A stretch of 64,000 nt of DNA from Chiloscyllium plagiosum (taxonomy: Eukaryota), in the NCBI RefSeq assembly GCF_004010195.1, contig NC_057751.1, positions 1,897,305 to 1,961,304 of the forward strand. Reading direction: 5' to 3'. The stretch's first letter is position 1. Each line of letters opens with the position of its first letter. The notes beneath the pieces were generated by a model. The model was not told where the DNA came from. It worked only from the letters and a program-made list of their open reading frames with translations, and did not search any database. The translations under genes were made by a program, and so were the position numbers. This document shows positions 11,893-24,484 of this stretch, piece by piece.

Positions 11893-13185
11893 TCACACTC
11901 ACTCTGCCTGGATAAACAGCTTTGAGTAGGAACTTAGCTTTTTTTTCAACGCTCGAGTTTTTTGTGATTGAGGTGCAGCAGAAAACAGTGAGATCCCGTG
12001 AAAACTCTTTCCATGACATGGGGAGCAGGGCACGTAAAACGTCAAAGGCCAAGGGGAGGCATCTTTGGAATTGCTTGAGATGGCTGATTGCCCAAATCAC
12101 TTATCAGTCATTCTGTCAATGATCAAAATGCTCCTATGCTCATGCATTTTCTAACATTCCCCAAAACGAGAAGCATGTGGCTGTTTTCCTGATGAGAGGT
12201 CAGGAAAGCTACAGACATAAACAAACACACAAACCAAAAAACACTAACATACATACAGTGCTGATCACAAACAGATTGAAGTGGACACATAACCCATTGT
12301 ATAAATTGTAGTGAGCAAAACTGTTGACATTCAACTTTGATTTTGTTACTTCAGACTCTCATGGATTAAAAGATTTAAATTAGCTGCTGTGATCACTGAA
12401 AAAAATCTCAGCGCCCTAAATCAAATATCAAAATCTGCTGCCTGAGAATTACCATTTTAATCAAAAGGAATTGAAACTCAGTGAGGCAGTGAGAAAATTG
12501 CATCTTCTGTTTTACTCATATTTGCATGATAATTACACACATTGAGTGATGAAAGATTACCTACAATCATTAAACTTTAACCAAACCATTGCAACAGACA
12601 CCAGGATCCACAAAGGAAAGGTTTATCAATAGCAACCTTTGAGCAAATAAAAGGGAAAGCAACATGGACTGATAACAGCAAGGATACTGCAAGTTCTTCT
12701 CCCTCTATTGCTGAGTCTCAATCCCAGAATTTAATGCCAGTGAAAAAGCATTTGGAAAAAGCATTGTTCAGTGAGCCCTTATGACTACAAAAGAAACTGG
12801 ACAACAGTGACAGAATTGGACTCAGGTCTTTTCATTTCCACAACTCAAGGCACTTCTGGGATCTACATCTGCAACTGCCTTTGTCTTTTGTATGTATTCG
12901 ACACACGCCCTTCCCTCTCCCTTCCTATTTTGTAAGAACATTCCCTGTCTTTGTGTTAGCAAAATAATTTCATTTTTTTCAGGCAAACAGGTAATGAGAT
13001 TCCACTGGCTTTCATTTAACAAGGTTGTGGAATTGGCTGTCCTTCATTTTTTGATCTGGTGAATTCAGTTTAATTGAAGTGTGATAACTATCTACTAAAC
13101 ATAATTAAGGTTCTGCTGCAACTAACTGACTGGGGATTAAAAAAGAGTGGAGCTATGATACCCCTTCATCTGATTGTACCATCGC

Positions 13186-13298
13186 GTGTGCATACATACG
13201 CACACACACACATACATGTGCATGCACAGATACCATATGAGTACAGATGCACAAGTGCTTGCTTACACACACACACACACACATACACACACACACAT
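13186..13298. repeat. Interrupted (CA)n microsatellite
   Basis: CA/TA dinucleotide runs. Confidence 0.9.
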
Positions 13299-13621
13299 AA
13301 TTACAGCACTAAGACTTTTTCAAGTATCCTCTAAGAACCACCAAAAAGGCTTTTGACAATCAGCTGTGATGAAAGCTTGCACTTCGAAATGAAAAGGCTA
13401 CTTTGCAGAAGAATAGAAGCTATGTTTTTTCTCTATCTCAAACTGTTAACAATTTACTGATCACCAACTACTGATTGACTCCTTCGAGCTGCTCTGCACT
13501 GATTCACCAAAGTAAATCCAGTGCTTGTCAACAAGAGACGACGTTGTTGCTGTATGAAGTTAACACTGTATAAAAGAGGCACTCTTCAATTTACTGTTCT
13601 ATATCTGACAAGAAGAGGAAA

Positions 13622-13865
13622 AGAGATTTGCATTTCTGTAGTGCCTTTCACAACCTCAGGGCATTCCAAACAGCTCTGCAACCAATAAAGTACATTTGAA
13701 GTATTGTCAAAGTGGTAGAGTAAGAAACACAGCAGTCAATTTATGTATGGCAAGCTCCCACATCTCACAATGCAATAATGACTATATCAACTGTTTGAAT
13801 GAGGGGAAAATGATGTCTAAGACACCAGAGAGGGCTCCACTGCTCTCATTTCAGATCACAATGGG
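13622..13865 (-). mobile_element. DeuSINE-type (SacSINE1-like) SINE, 3' part
   Basis: Same family as 24485-24900, 28250-29090, 37630-37945 and 54430-54870; family name from recall. Confidence 0.6.
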
Positions 13866-13877
13866 TGAACACTGAAC

Positions 13878-15425
13878 GTTGAACATTACAGCACAGTACA
13901 GGCCCTTTGGCCCTCGATGTTGCGCCAACCTGAGAAACCAATCTGAAGCCCATCTAACCTACACTGTTCCATTATCATCCATATACTTATCCAATGACCA
14001 TTTAAATGCCCTTAAGGTTGGCGAGTCTACTGTTGCAGGACGGCATTCCATGCCCTTACTACTCTCTGAGTAAAGAAACGATCTCTGATATCTGTCCTAT
14101 ATCTATCACCCCTCAATTTGAAGCTACGTCCCCTCATGCTAGTCATCACCATCCGAGGATAAAGGCTCTCACTGTCCACCCTATCTAACCCTCTGGTTAT
14201 CTTATATGTCTTTATTAAGTCACCCCACAACCTTCTTCTCTCTAACGAAAAAGCCTCAAGTCCCTCAGCCTTTCCACATCGGACCTTCCCTCTATACCAG
14301 GCAAATCTCCTGGTAAATCTCCTCTGCAACCTTTCCAAAGCTTCCACATCCTTCCTAGAATGCTGTGACCAGAACTGTATGCAATACTCCAAGTATGGCC
14401 ATACCAGAGTTTTGTACAGCTGCAGCATGACCTCATGGCTCCAAAACTCAATCCCTCTCCCAATAAAAACTAACACACCACATACCTTCTTAACAACCCT
14501 ATCAACCTGGGTGAAAACTTTCAGGAATCTATGTACCTGGACACCGAGATCTTTCTGATGATTTACATTACCAAGAATCTTACCATTCGTCCAGTACTCT
14601 GCATTCCTGTTACTCCTTCAAAAGTGAATTACTTCACACTTTTCCACATTAAGTTCAATTTGCCACCACTCAAACCAACTCTGCAGCTTATCTGTGTCCC
14701 TCTGTAACCTGAAACCTCCTTTTGCACTGTCCACAACTCCACCGACCTTAGTGTCATCCGCAAATTTACTAAGCCATCCTTCTAACCTCATCCAGGTCAT
14801 TTATAAAAATGACAAACAGCATTGGCCCCAAAACAGATCCTTGTGGTATACCACGAGTAACTGAACATTCCCAATCAACCAGCTACCCCTGTCTTCTTTC
14901 AGCGAGCCAATTTCTGGTCGAAGTCACGTAATCACCCTCAATCTCATGCCTCCGTACTTTGTGCAATAGCCTACCATGAGAAACATTATCAAATGCCTTA
15001 CTGAAATCCATGTACACCACATCAACTGCTTTACCCTCATCCACCTGTTCGGTCACCTTCTCAAGGAATTGAATAAGGTTTGTGAGATATGACCGACCCT
15101 TCACAAAACCGTGTTGACTATCCCTAATCAAATGATTCCTTTCAAGATGCTTATAAATCTCTTATTATCCTTTCCAACACTTTACCCACAACTGAAGTAA
15201 GGCCCACAGGTCTATAATTACCAGGGTTGTCTCTACTCCCCTTCCTGAACAAGGGGACAACATTTGCTATCCTCCAGTTTTCTGGCACTATTCCTGTAGA
15301 AAATGACATCATAAATATCAAAGCCAAAGGCTCTGCAATCGCCTCCCTAGCTTCCCAGAGAATCCTAGGATAAATCCCATCTGGCCCAGGGGACTTATCT
15401 ATTTTCACATTTCCCAGAATTCCTC
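13878..15425 (-). mobile_element. CR1/HER1-type LINE, 5'-truncated
   Basis: Colinear minus-strand RT motifs from KSPGPDGIYPRIL to FFTQRVVRAWNA, with 3' tail at left. Confidence 0.95.
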
Positions 15426-15459
15426 CTCCTTATTACATCAACCTGACAGGTTCTCAATG

Positions 15460-16295
15460 TAACACATTCCCTCAACTATGACCCTTCTCTTTGATTCCTT
15501 TGGTATTGACTGTTCAGCAGAAGAATGCTCAGCTTGTAATGATCCAGCAGTTGTGCAGTACTTCCTGAGTCAGTGACCCTTATTAATGCCTCTCCGACAG
15601 TGCAGCACTTCCTCAATACTCACCTTATGACAATACAGTATTCCATCATAGTGACCCTGTGACAGCGCAGTAGCCCCTTGGTATTGACAGTCCAACAGTA
15701 CAGGACTCCCTTCGTTGTCATCCATGGACAGTTCTGCTCTCTCTCAGCAATGATCTTGAACAGTACAGTGTTCCCCAGTATTCTGTTTTCTCAATACTGA
15801 TTCTCTGCCAATGTCGTATTCTTTCAATATTGACCTTTTAACAGTGCAGCACTGCTTCAGTGCTGACCCTCCAACAGTGCAGCATTCCCCAGGTACTAAT
15901 CCTTCAACAGTATGACAAGCCTTCAGCTTTATGTCTCTGAAAATGCAGTGCTCCCTTAATTCTGGTAACAAAAAATGCTGGAGATCACAGTGGGTCAATC
16001 AGTGTCCATGGAGAGAAAGCAAGCTAATGCTTTGACCCGAGATGACTTTTCAAAACGTTAGCACACTTTCATTCCATAGATGCTGTCTAACCTGCTGTGA
16101 TCTCCAGGATTTTTTGTTTTCAGTACAGCTTCTAGCATCTGCAGTAATTATGCTCCACCCTCAGTACTGTTCCTTTGACAGTGCAGCTCTCCCTCAGTAC
16201 TAACCTCTGACAGTGGGGTCCACCCTCAGTACTGACTCTCCGAAAGTGAAGCTATCCTCTGCACTGACTATTTGACAGTTCAGTGCTCGCTCAGC
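15460..16295. repeat. Degenerate ~33-bp minisatellite array
   Basis: Unit ~CAGTACTGACCCTCCGACAGTGCAGCACTCCCT; further units at 17515-17590. Confidence 0.8.
15962..16150. mobile_element. Short palindromic Penelope-like terminal element inserted in the array
   Basis: 15962-16030 is the reverse complement of ~16055-16123; same family as 58150-58215 and 60610-60742. Confidence 0.7.
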
Positions 16296-16399
16296 TGTAC
16301 AAAGAACAAAGAACAAGAAAAGTACAGCACAGGAACAGGCCCTTTAGCTCTCTCAGCCTGTGCAGATCCAGATCCTCAGTGTCCAGTCCAACAAGAAAG

Positions 16400-16825
16400 G
16401 AGTTTCTGAAGAAGGGCTACTGGAGAAAACATTAACTCTGTTTTCTCTCCACAGATGCTGCCAGTCATAGAGTCATAGAGATGTACAGCATGGAAACAGA
16501 CCCTTCGGTCCAACCCGTCCATGCCGATCTGATATCCCAACCCAATCTAGTCCCACCTGCCAGCACCCGGTCCATATCCCTCCAAACCCTTCCTATTCAT
16601 ATACCCATTTGAATGCCTATTAAATGTTGCAATTGTACCAGCCTCCACCACTTCCTCTGGCAGCTCATTCCATACACGTACCAGACTCTGTGTGAAAATG
16701 TTGCCCCTTAGGTCTCTTTTATACCTTTCCCCTCTCACCCTAAACCTATGGCCTCTAGTTCCTGCTGAGTTTCTTGAACACTTCTGTTTTGCTTTAGATT
16801 CCTAGCATCTGCAGTTCTTTGTTGC
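16400..16825 (+). mobile_element. Penelope-like terminal repeat split by a CR1 insertion
   Basis: CTGAAGAAGGG...GAAAACATTAACTCTG...ACAGATGCTGCCAG resumes as CCTGCTGAGTTTC after 16760. Confidence 0.65.
16466..16760 (-). mobile_element. CR1 3' end
   Basis: CATAGAGTCATAGAG tail; RGERYKRDLRGNIFTQ...WNELPEEVV. Confidence 0.9.
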
Positions 16826-16859
16826 ATGGAGAGAGAGAGTATAAAACAAATAGTACTAT

Positions 16860-17515
16860 TCTGAAGAATGTGAAGGTGCATACAGGCATAAGTCATTAAA
16901 GATGATCGAACAGGCAAAGAGTTCAGTGAATAAAGCAGACAGGCCCCTCAATTTTATTAATCAGGACATACGGTAAAAGGAAAAAAACTATATTGAACTT
17001 TTATGAGACACAAATTCAACCTCAGGTGGATTGTTGCATCTTGTCTGGGTTACACTCATGAGGAGGATGTGAAGGCTTCTCAGATAATGCAGAAGCTGCT
17101 TATGAGAATGGCTCCAAGAATAAGAAACTTCAGACATGAAGATAAATTGGATAAGTTGGATGGGTTTTCTGAGAATGCAGAAGGCTCAGAAGAGATTTTG
17201 TGGAAGTTTCCAACACTATGAGAGGTCTGGACAGAGTAGATAAGTAGAAATTGCTTCCGCTCGGAAATGCATCATGAGTGAGAGGGCACAGATGTAAAGT
17301 GGTTTATTAAAGGAGTAAATGTGAAGTGAGAAGAAGATTTTTACACAACATGTGGTTTGAGTCTGGAATGAGCTGCCTGCCAATGTGAAGGAGGTCAATC
17401 AACCAAGGGATTCCGGAGGGCATGAGATAATATCTCAATAGAAATAATATGTCAGGCTATTGGAAAAGGATGGGCCAAATGGTCTTCTTCTGTACTGTAA
17501 CAATTCTGTGATTCA
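16860..17515 (+). mobile_element. Old CR1 3' portion
   Basis: Decayed C-terminal ORF2 motifs (FTQHVV.VWNELP) and 3' tail. Confidence 0.7.
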
Positions 17516-18199
17516 GTCTTGACCCTCTGAGAATGTCGTGTTTCCTCAGTACTGACCCTCCCACAGTGCAGCATTCTCTCAGTATTGAACTGGCAGGTGT
17601 GTGAGTTTTACACGTCAATCAAATTGTTTTCAGAGTTTGGATTTGAAATTAATATCAAAAAGTGTGGAGCTGGGAAAGCATAGCAGATCAGCTAGCATCT
17701 GAGGAGCAGGAGAGTTGATGTTTTGAGCAAAAACCCTTTGAAATGAATGGAGTATTGGGTTGGTCTATTTTTGTGGTGGGGTTCAAATGAATGAGACAAA
17801 CCTTTCCAGAATCCTGACTTTAAAGCAGAATGTATCAGAGATCGGATAACTACAAAGAATACTGAGTGGAAATGTTTGTTTATCTTCTAGGGATTAATGG
17901 CTGGAGAGAGAAAAAACACTGAGCCATTTGCTTAGCAGAAGTACTGGGCCAGAAGAAAGTATAGTCTCCCTTAGAAAAGGTGATTGTTCACAGTAATTTA
18001 GGAAATAAGTTGTTAAAACAGAAGTTGTTGAAGAAACTCAGCAGCTGCTGTGGAGTATGACTGAGATCAGCACTTGCTTGCTGCATGAACCTGTCTCTCA
18101 CTTGCTTCATCATCCTGTCTTGTGATTACAAGTTACATTGTGGAGCAAATGATCAACAGTTTTGGAGTCTCGTATTTTCTCTTGCTCACTGATCTACTT

Positions 18200-18295
18200 A
18201 CATCTGTATGGTGCTTCACTGTGTCTGCCAAATGGTTCATATGGAGGATTCCCATTTACCAAAGGTGGTATTATATTGCCAGCTGAACATGAGAA
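18200..18295 (+). mobile_element. RTE-clade LINE remnant
   Basis: Reads VHMEDSHLPKVVLYCQL, resembling the RTE C-terminal VRMxDxRLPKxxLYGEL motif. Confidence 0.5.
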
Positions 18296-18482
18296 CCCAT
18301 CCAAACAACTTCCAGCCTAGTCCCTAAACCCCAACTCTCCCACGGTCTAACCTAACTATCAGCTTACTCACCTCTTCAACTGATCACTTTCCACCTCACC
18401 AACTAGCCACCATAACTATCCATCACCCTTCCCCGCTAGGATGCCACCCTACCCAGCTGTCAGTGAAAACACATTGTGTGCG

Positions 18483-18625
18483 AAAATAAAACAAAGAATT
18501 GTGGATGCTGAAGATCTGAAACAATCAAAAACAGAAATAGCTGCAGAAAATCAGCAGGTCTGGCTGCATCTGTGGAGGGAAAGCACACTTCAATTTTTGA
18601 GCCCAATGACCCCTCTTCAGTTAAA
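18483..18625 (-). mobile_element. Penelope-like terminal repeat with degraded hammerhead
   Basis: Minus strand CUGAAGA-GGGGUC(AUUG)GGCUC-AAAA; rest matches the reverse complement of 16430-16465 plus 16760-16825. Confidence 0.6.
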
Positions 18626-19639
18626 AGGGGGAGGGAAGGGCATGATTTTTCTTCCACATGATGTTCCAGGGCCATGAGGAAGCAGTTCAATGGAAGACCG
18701 CTCTCCATTTGAGAGAGCTGTGCTTGGAAAACTCAGCCAGCAAGGCAGAGTTCCAGAAAGCTAGGAAGGTAAAGTAAAATGACAGTGATTGCTGCTCTAT
18801 TGAAAGCACAGGCTCCTCAGCAGATACGCCTGTTTTCTTTTGGTTCTATAACTACTCTATTAAAGTCAGATCTGTAGAATAATAGATATATGCTGAGTAA
18901 ATGAAAACTGTGGGAAAGTAAATCATTTGATTTGTAAATGAAGAAGACTAGATCCTGATAGAATTTAATTGCTTTCAAGAAAGTGAAATGAAGATGCAAT
19001 GGAAGCATTTTCTCAGCAGTCTGTCTGTAGTTTTCCTGTCAAGATAGAGAGACATCAGGAGCTTTTCTTCCCTTTTGTCTGGTTAATATACTCAGGAATG
19101 AGTCTCAAGAAGCTGTGTGTGAGCTCCTTCATATTCAAACACCCTGGGAAATATCTGCAAACTACTGTGAAGTGCAGCTCTCTAAATGTCTTCCAGGAAC
19201 TAAGACTATCGATGCTTTCATGTCAAACAAGTTATTTTAGTAGAGAGACAGATGTCTCAACAATAGTGCTGTCAGTCTTTCACTCATACATTTTGTGTGT
19301 GAAGATTGCAGCTTCATCAGGTATTCCAGGGCCAACCCAGATAGATCAGTCAGGAATGTTGAACGGTTTAGGTTGCAATCACAATCACAGAGCATTTGAT
19401 ACTGTACTTTTTATACTTCAGCTTTAACCACATTTGCTTGCTTTCTGTTTTTGCAGATTATCTTTTCAAACTCTGTTTTTCCATACTTTTGATCACATGT
19501 CCAGGGCCAGGAGCATGTCAGTGCATTTTTGCCAGTAACCTGACCCATCCTTTGAAGGCCTTTCACGATGCTATTTGGAGCACTGTGTCCACTCGCAGAG
19601 TGAATGAAGAGTTCATAACCAGGTGAGTGACTGATTTTA

Positions 19640-20165
19640 TTAGTTAACGGGATGTGGTGTCACTGTCAAAGCCAGTATTTGTTGCCTGTCATATTCACCT
19701 TTGCAAAAGCCGTGTTGAATTACTGCAGTCCATGCGGTATGGATAAAATCATGGTGCATTTTGGGAATGAGTTCCAGGACTTTGGCCCCACTGACAATAA
19801 AGAAACAGCAAAATAGTTTCTCGTCGGGATGGTGAGTGGCTTGGAGGTGGTGGTGTTCTCAGTGTCTACAGCCCTTGTCCCCTCGATGGTTGAGATTGCA
19901 GATTTGAAAGACGTTGTCAAAGGAGACTTGTTAAGTTGCTGCAGTACATCTTGTTATTGGTACACCCTACTGCCACTCTGTCTTGGTGGTGGAGAGAGTG
20001 AATGGTGAAGGTGGTGTTTTGGTTGCCACACAAGCGGACTGTTTGCACTCCATGGTGAGTGATATTGGATCTGCACTGATCCAGGCAAATGAGGAGCATT
20101 CTATCATACTTCTGACTTGTGCCTTTTAGTTGGTGGGCAGGCTTCAGGGAGTCAGGAGGTGAGTA
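19640..20165 (-). mobile_element. Old LINE 3' portion
   Basis: Minus-strand IHSLHHQ..VA...KMYCSN and WNSFP; reverse-complement similarity to 27740-28215. Confidence 0.65.
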
Positions 20166-20199
20166 TAATATTCTACTGCAAGTTAAAAAAGTGAGACTG

Positions 20200-20407
20200 A
20201 AAATGTGTTGCTGGAAAAGCGCAGCAGGTCAGGCAGCATCCAAGGAACAGGAGAATCGACGTTTCGGGCATAAGCCCTTCTTCAGGAAGGGCTTATGTCC
20301 GAAACGTCGATTCTCCTGTTCCTTGGATGCTGCCTGACATGCTGCGCTTTTCCAGCAACACATTTTCAGCTCTGATCTCCAGCATCTGCAGACCTCACTT
20401 TCTCCCC
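20200..20407. mobile_element. Young palindromic Penelope-like mini-element with 15-bp TSD
   Basis: Near-perfect inverted arms; TSD AAAAAAGTGAGACTG at 20185-20199 and 20408-20422. Confidence 0.9.
20254..20288 (-). ncRNA. Minimal type-I hammerhead ribozyme motif
   Basis: Minus strand UUC-CUGAAGA-A-GGGC(UUAU)GCCC-GAAA-CGUC-GAUU, same core as 8321-8356. Confidence 0.75.
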
Positions 20408-21859
20408 AAAAAAGTGAGACTGCAAGGTCAGATTTTCAAAGTTGGGTTCAGATCCCAAGTACAATCTAGAGAAAGCAGGCTGTACATGCAAAGCAAGGAA
20501 GTGGAGTCCACAAAAAAGGGACAGCATGTTTTCCACAAAGTCAGATCAAGCTTTTAATGAATCTGACAACTGGACATTAATGTGCTCCAGGCTATTTGAG
20601 TTCATTGAAACAGTGATTTAAAAAATGCCTTTTTTCCACAGGCCTTTTAACAAGCCCTTGAGGCATTTCATGGGCTGTGAAATGGCAGCAAGTGGTTTTT
20701 CAGTTTCCAACCCACCTGCTGGCTCTTTGAAAATTATCTGCAATTTGGATGGGATTCAAGGAGGTCTTGTGACAAACTGGATATTGACCCTGCACTTGAG
20801 ACAGAAGTTCTGGATTCACATCAGTCCTGAAGTGGATGGCCAAGGAAGTGTCTTTAAAAGAACATGACAAATCTTACAAACATAGAAAGAGCAGGAGAGA
20901 TTCCTGGCCAGCCATGTGATGGAAAGAATGTTGGATCCTCTACCATCACTTTCCATAGTTTTAGACCGTAATATGCCAATAAAACTGCATGCTGCCACAG
21001 TAACCCAGACTCCCAAAATGTATTGTGTCAAGCATGATGTGGGATATACAGCACAGAAGCAGCCCAATTAGTCCATGCTGATGTTTAGTCTCCAAGTGAG
21101 CTTCCTTGCAACTTTTCTCATCTAAATTTATGACTGCAACCATCTATTTCTTTCTCCTTTGCATGCTTGTCCAGCTCCTGCTCCAATGCATTGACAATAT
21201 TCACCTCAATTATTCGGTGTGGCAGCACGTTCCATGTACTTAATCACTGTTTGGCTGATTAAATTACTTTTGAATTCTGTCAGAGTTCTTGATGACTATC
21301 TGAGAATGATGGATTAAAGTTATATCCTTCCCAATGAAGGAAACAATTTTAAACTGTCTAGCACACATCAAGATCCTGAGACATCCTGGAGAACCATAAT
21401 TTTTAAGTTGTATCTGTAACTGATTCTGACCCTGTGTTTGAAGGACATCTGCTATTACTAGGCACATAAACACACGCACATATCTGCATTCAAGTGGAAT
21501 CATGAGAGGCATTTACTGCCCAGTTAGGGCCTTTCAGCGCCTGGTGTCTTTAAAGGGTATCTGCAGACAAGCCAGATGATCCCAGTCCCTAACTTGATCC
21601 TGAGAATTCTGGAGGTTTATTCTCTTCAAGAGGCTGTGCAATTATTATCTGAACCCCCGGGTTTTTCCATTCCCACCATCCTCAGAGGCAGCAGGTTGCA
21701 GGGTATGAGATTTGAAAAAATCTGTCTTGTTACATGGTATTCCATGCTCCTGGAGTCACAGAACAAAGCCAGTGTAAAATGTGTTATCTTTGCGATGGTG
21801 AAGTAGTACTGCAGGGGTTGGGAACTTGCTGTGGGCCATGATGGAGGAGATGAAGTTTT

Positions 21860-22795
21860 AGACCAACAGAAACAGACTCTTCAGTCCAACTCGTCCAAAG
21901 CAACCAGGTATCCTGAACTGAGCTAATCCCATTTGCCTGTGTTTGGACCAAATCCCTCTGAACCTTTCCTATTCATGTACCTGTCCAAATATCTTTTAAA
22001 TATTGTAATCATACCTGCATCTACTACTATGTCTCGTGGTTTATTTCATACATGCATTGCTGTCTGTGTGAAAAAAATGCCCCTCAAATCCCATTTAAGT
22101 CTTTCCCCTTTCACCTTGAACATATGTATCCAGTCTCTGCTTCTAACTCAAATCCTCCAGTCTTGAAAACACCTTCGTAAATTTGCTCTGTACCCTTTCT
22201 AATTTGATAACATCCTTCCAAAAGCAGGGCAACCAAAATTGTACACAGTATTCTAAATGTGGCCTGTACAATGTCCTGTACAGCTGCAACATGAGATCCT
22301 AACTCCTATACTCAACGCTCTGACCAATGAAGGCATGTGTACCAAATGCCTTCTTCACCTCCCTGTCTACCTGCAATGCCACTTTCAAGGAATTATGAAC
22401 CTGCACTCCTAGGTCCCTTTGTTCAACAACACTTCCCAGGGTCCTACTATTAACCATCTAAGTCCTGCCCTGGTTTGCCTTCCAAAATGAAACATCTCAC
22501 ATTTATCTAAATCAAACTGCATCTGCCAGTTCTTGGCCCATCTGATCAAGATCTCGTTGTACTCTGAGATAACCTTCTTCACTGTCCACTATACCTCCAA
22601 TTTTGGTGTCATGCATAAACTTACTCACCATACCTCCGATATTCTCAGCCAAATCATTGAATCAAATACCAAACAACAGTGGACCCGGAAGCTTTCCTTG
22701 TGGTATACTGCTGATCACTGGCCTCCAATCTGAGTAATAACTCTCTACCGCCACCCTCTGACTTCTACCATCAAGTCTTTTTGTATCCAATTGGT
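21860..22795 (-). mobile_element. CR1 LINE 3' portion
   Basis: CR1 3' UTR at left; reverse complement resembles the RT region of 44560-45500. Confidence 0.85.
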
Positions 22796-23269
22796 CAAAA
22801 GACATGAACGGATTATAAGCGCAAGGGTGTGACAAGGAGCATCTATGACTCTGTCAGGAACTGTGTGTAACAGATGAGGCTTAATCATTCATTTATACTG
22901 AAATGAGGTTAGTCTTGAACTTGTCTTTAATGTCAAATGTTACTGGCTATTCTTATGTCAACTGATCAAAGGTAGCCATGTAAATACTCAGTTAAAAAAG
23001 ATGAGTAAATCAATTTCTAACTTAATCCATTAGTCAATTTGAATATGATAAGAATAGTTTTTAATTTACACATTGTTTATTGGTATCTGAATATTAGTCA
23101 ATTTTTAACAGCAGAGATTGCTGTTAAATTTTAAATTTGGAGATTCATTCATCCATATCCCACTCTCTAATTGTGTTAACTAGACTTGCTGCATTATGTT
23201 CATTAGATTCCATCTTAGCTGAGACTAAAACTATCAAAACCATCCTTCCATTGGGAAGACAATTCAATG

Positions 23270-23625
23270 GTGGTAATGTCACATAAGTCGGAAACTCAGC
23301 TATCGCTGTGGAGTTCAAATCACACCAGAGTAGGTAATGGAATTTCAAATCAATTAATACATCAAGAGTTGGAAGCTAGACTCAGTAGTAGTCACCATGA
23401 AAGTATCATTAATTGCTGAAAAAAGTCATCTGGTTCGTTCATCTCCTTCAGGGAGGAAAATCTGCTGATGCTACCCAATCTGGTCTCCAGTGACTGCAGA
23501 CCTATAGCAAAGTGGTTCAATTTTAAATGCCCTCTGAAATGACCTAACAAACTACTCAATTCATGGGCAATTGGGAAGGTGCATCAAATGCTGGCCTTGC
23601 TCGCTGTGTCCACATCACATGAAGG
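23270..23625 (+). mobile_element. Old SINE sharing its 3' tail with the old LINE family
   Basis: Same family as 44370-46170 (+) and 47835-48195 (-); tail GGCAATTGGGAAGGTGCATCAAATGCTGGCC. Confidence 0.6.
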
Positions 23626-23814
23626 AGAATGATTGCCATGGAGAATGCAGCAGTTAATAATGGTTGACAATTCACTGTTAGGCTTTTTTTAAATGTTAAA
23701 CTAAGTAGGGTTACTCTAATCGATCATGACATGGCTTTGAGAGATGAAGCAGTGATTGCTGCCATCTACCTTGTTGAATTTAAACAGGCGTGGTTCATAG
23801 ACTAGCAATACCTC

Positions 23815-24145
23815 CACCAATCAGAGTCCATTTGCCAACCGATCAGCACTCTGCTCTCACAAAGTACAAGTGCAGTTTTCCCTTTAAATATGTATTCTGA
23901 TGAATTGTCCTGACGAGTAAAAGACAAAAACTTTCACAATACTCAAGTTCTTAACTAACGAACAACTATTAATTGCTGCTATAAATCCCAATATGTTACT
24001 TGGAAGCATGAAACTTTCAGATTGCTGAAAAAGAGACATATGAAACTTTATCTTGCGCTCAGCAGGGCAGATACAAGAATATCAAATTTCAAAGGGAACA
24101 ACAATTTATACTGCTTGAAAGAACTGCCAATTAGTTGACAAGTTA
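23815..24145. mobile_element. Tail-to-tail inverted pair of a short hammerhead-bearing repeat
   Basis: 23815-23940 matches the reverse complement of 24040-24145; TTGTC-CTGACGA-GT...GAC-AAAA...TTC-ACAA. Confidence 0.55.
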
Positions 24146-24204
24146 ACTCTGATTTCATATGCACTGGTGAACTCAAGTCCCCTCGGCTTCTTTAAACGAA
24201 GAAA

Positions 24205-24410
24205 GTAAGCTAATGGTGCCATAGTCCTACCAGAGCATGGGGCTGCTCTCTCGTTAAAGATGAATGCTGGTGGTTTTACCTGAGGATCACCACGTCTCAG
24301 GCAAGGGGACTGTTGAAAAGGAGGCTCCTTTGTAGTAATTGAACCCATTCTGTTGATATCACACTGTACTGCAAACCACCCATCTAGCCAAATCAGCTAA
24401 TTGACCACCA
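24205..24410 (-). mobile_element. tRNA-derived SINE
   Basis: Reverse complement matches 48965-49225 (A box AGCTCAGTTGG, B box GGTTCAATTCC). Confidence 0.65.
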
Positions 24411-24484
24411 ATAACAAAAAGAAGCAAAGTGTGGACATGTGCCAAATGGGGATAGAAGAATCTGGTCAGCTGCTATTTAAAAAT

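Noticed and set aside
15460..16295. 33-bp periodicity resembling a CRISPR array
   Set aside because: Units are head to tail with no unique spacers, eukaryotic context, no cas genes
18680..19390. Possible additional LTR and 142-aa ORF
   Set aside because: Could not define termini or TSD; ORF has no recognisable features
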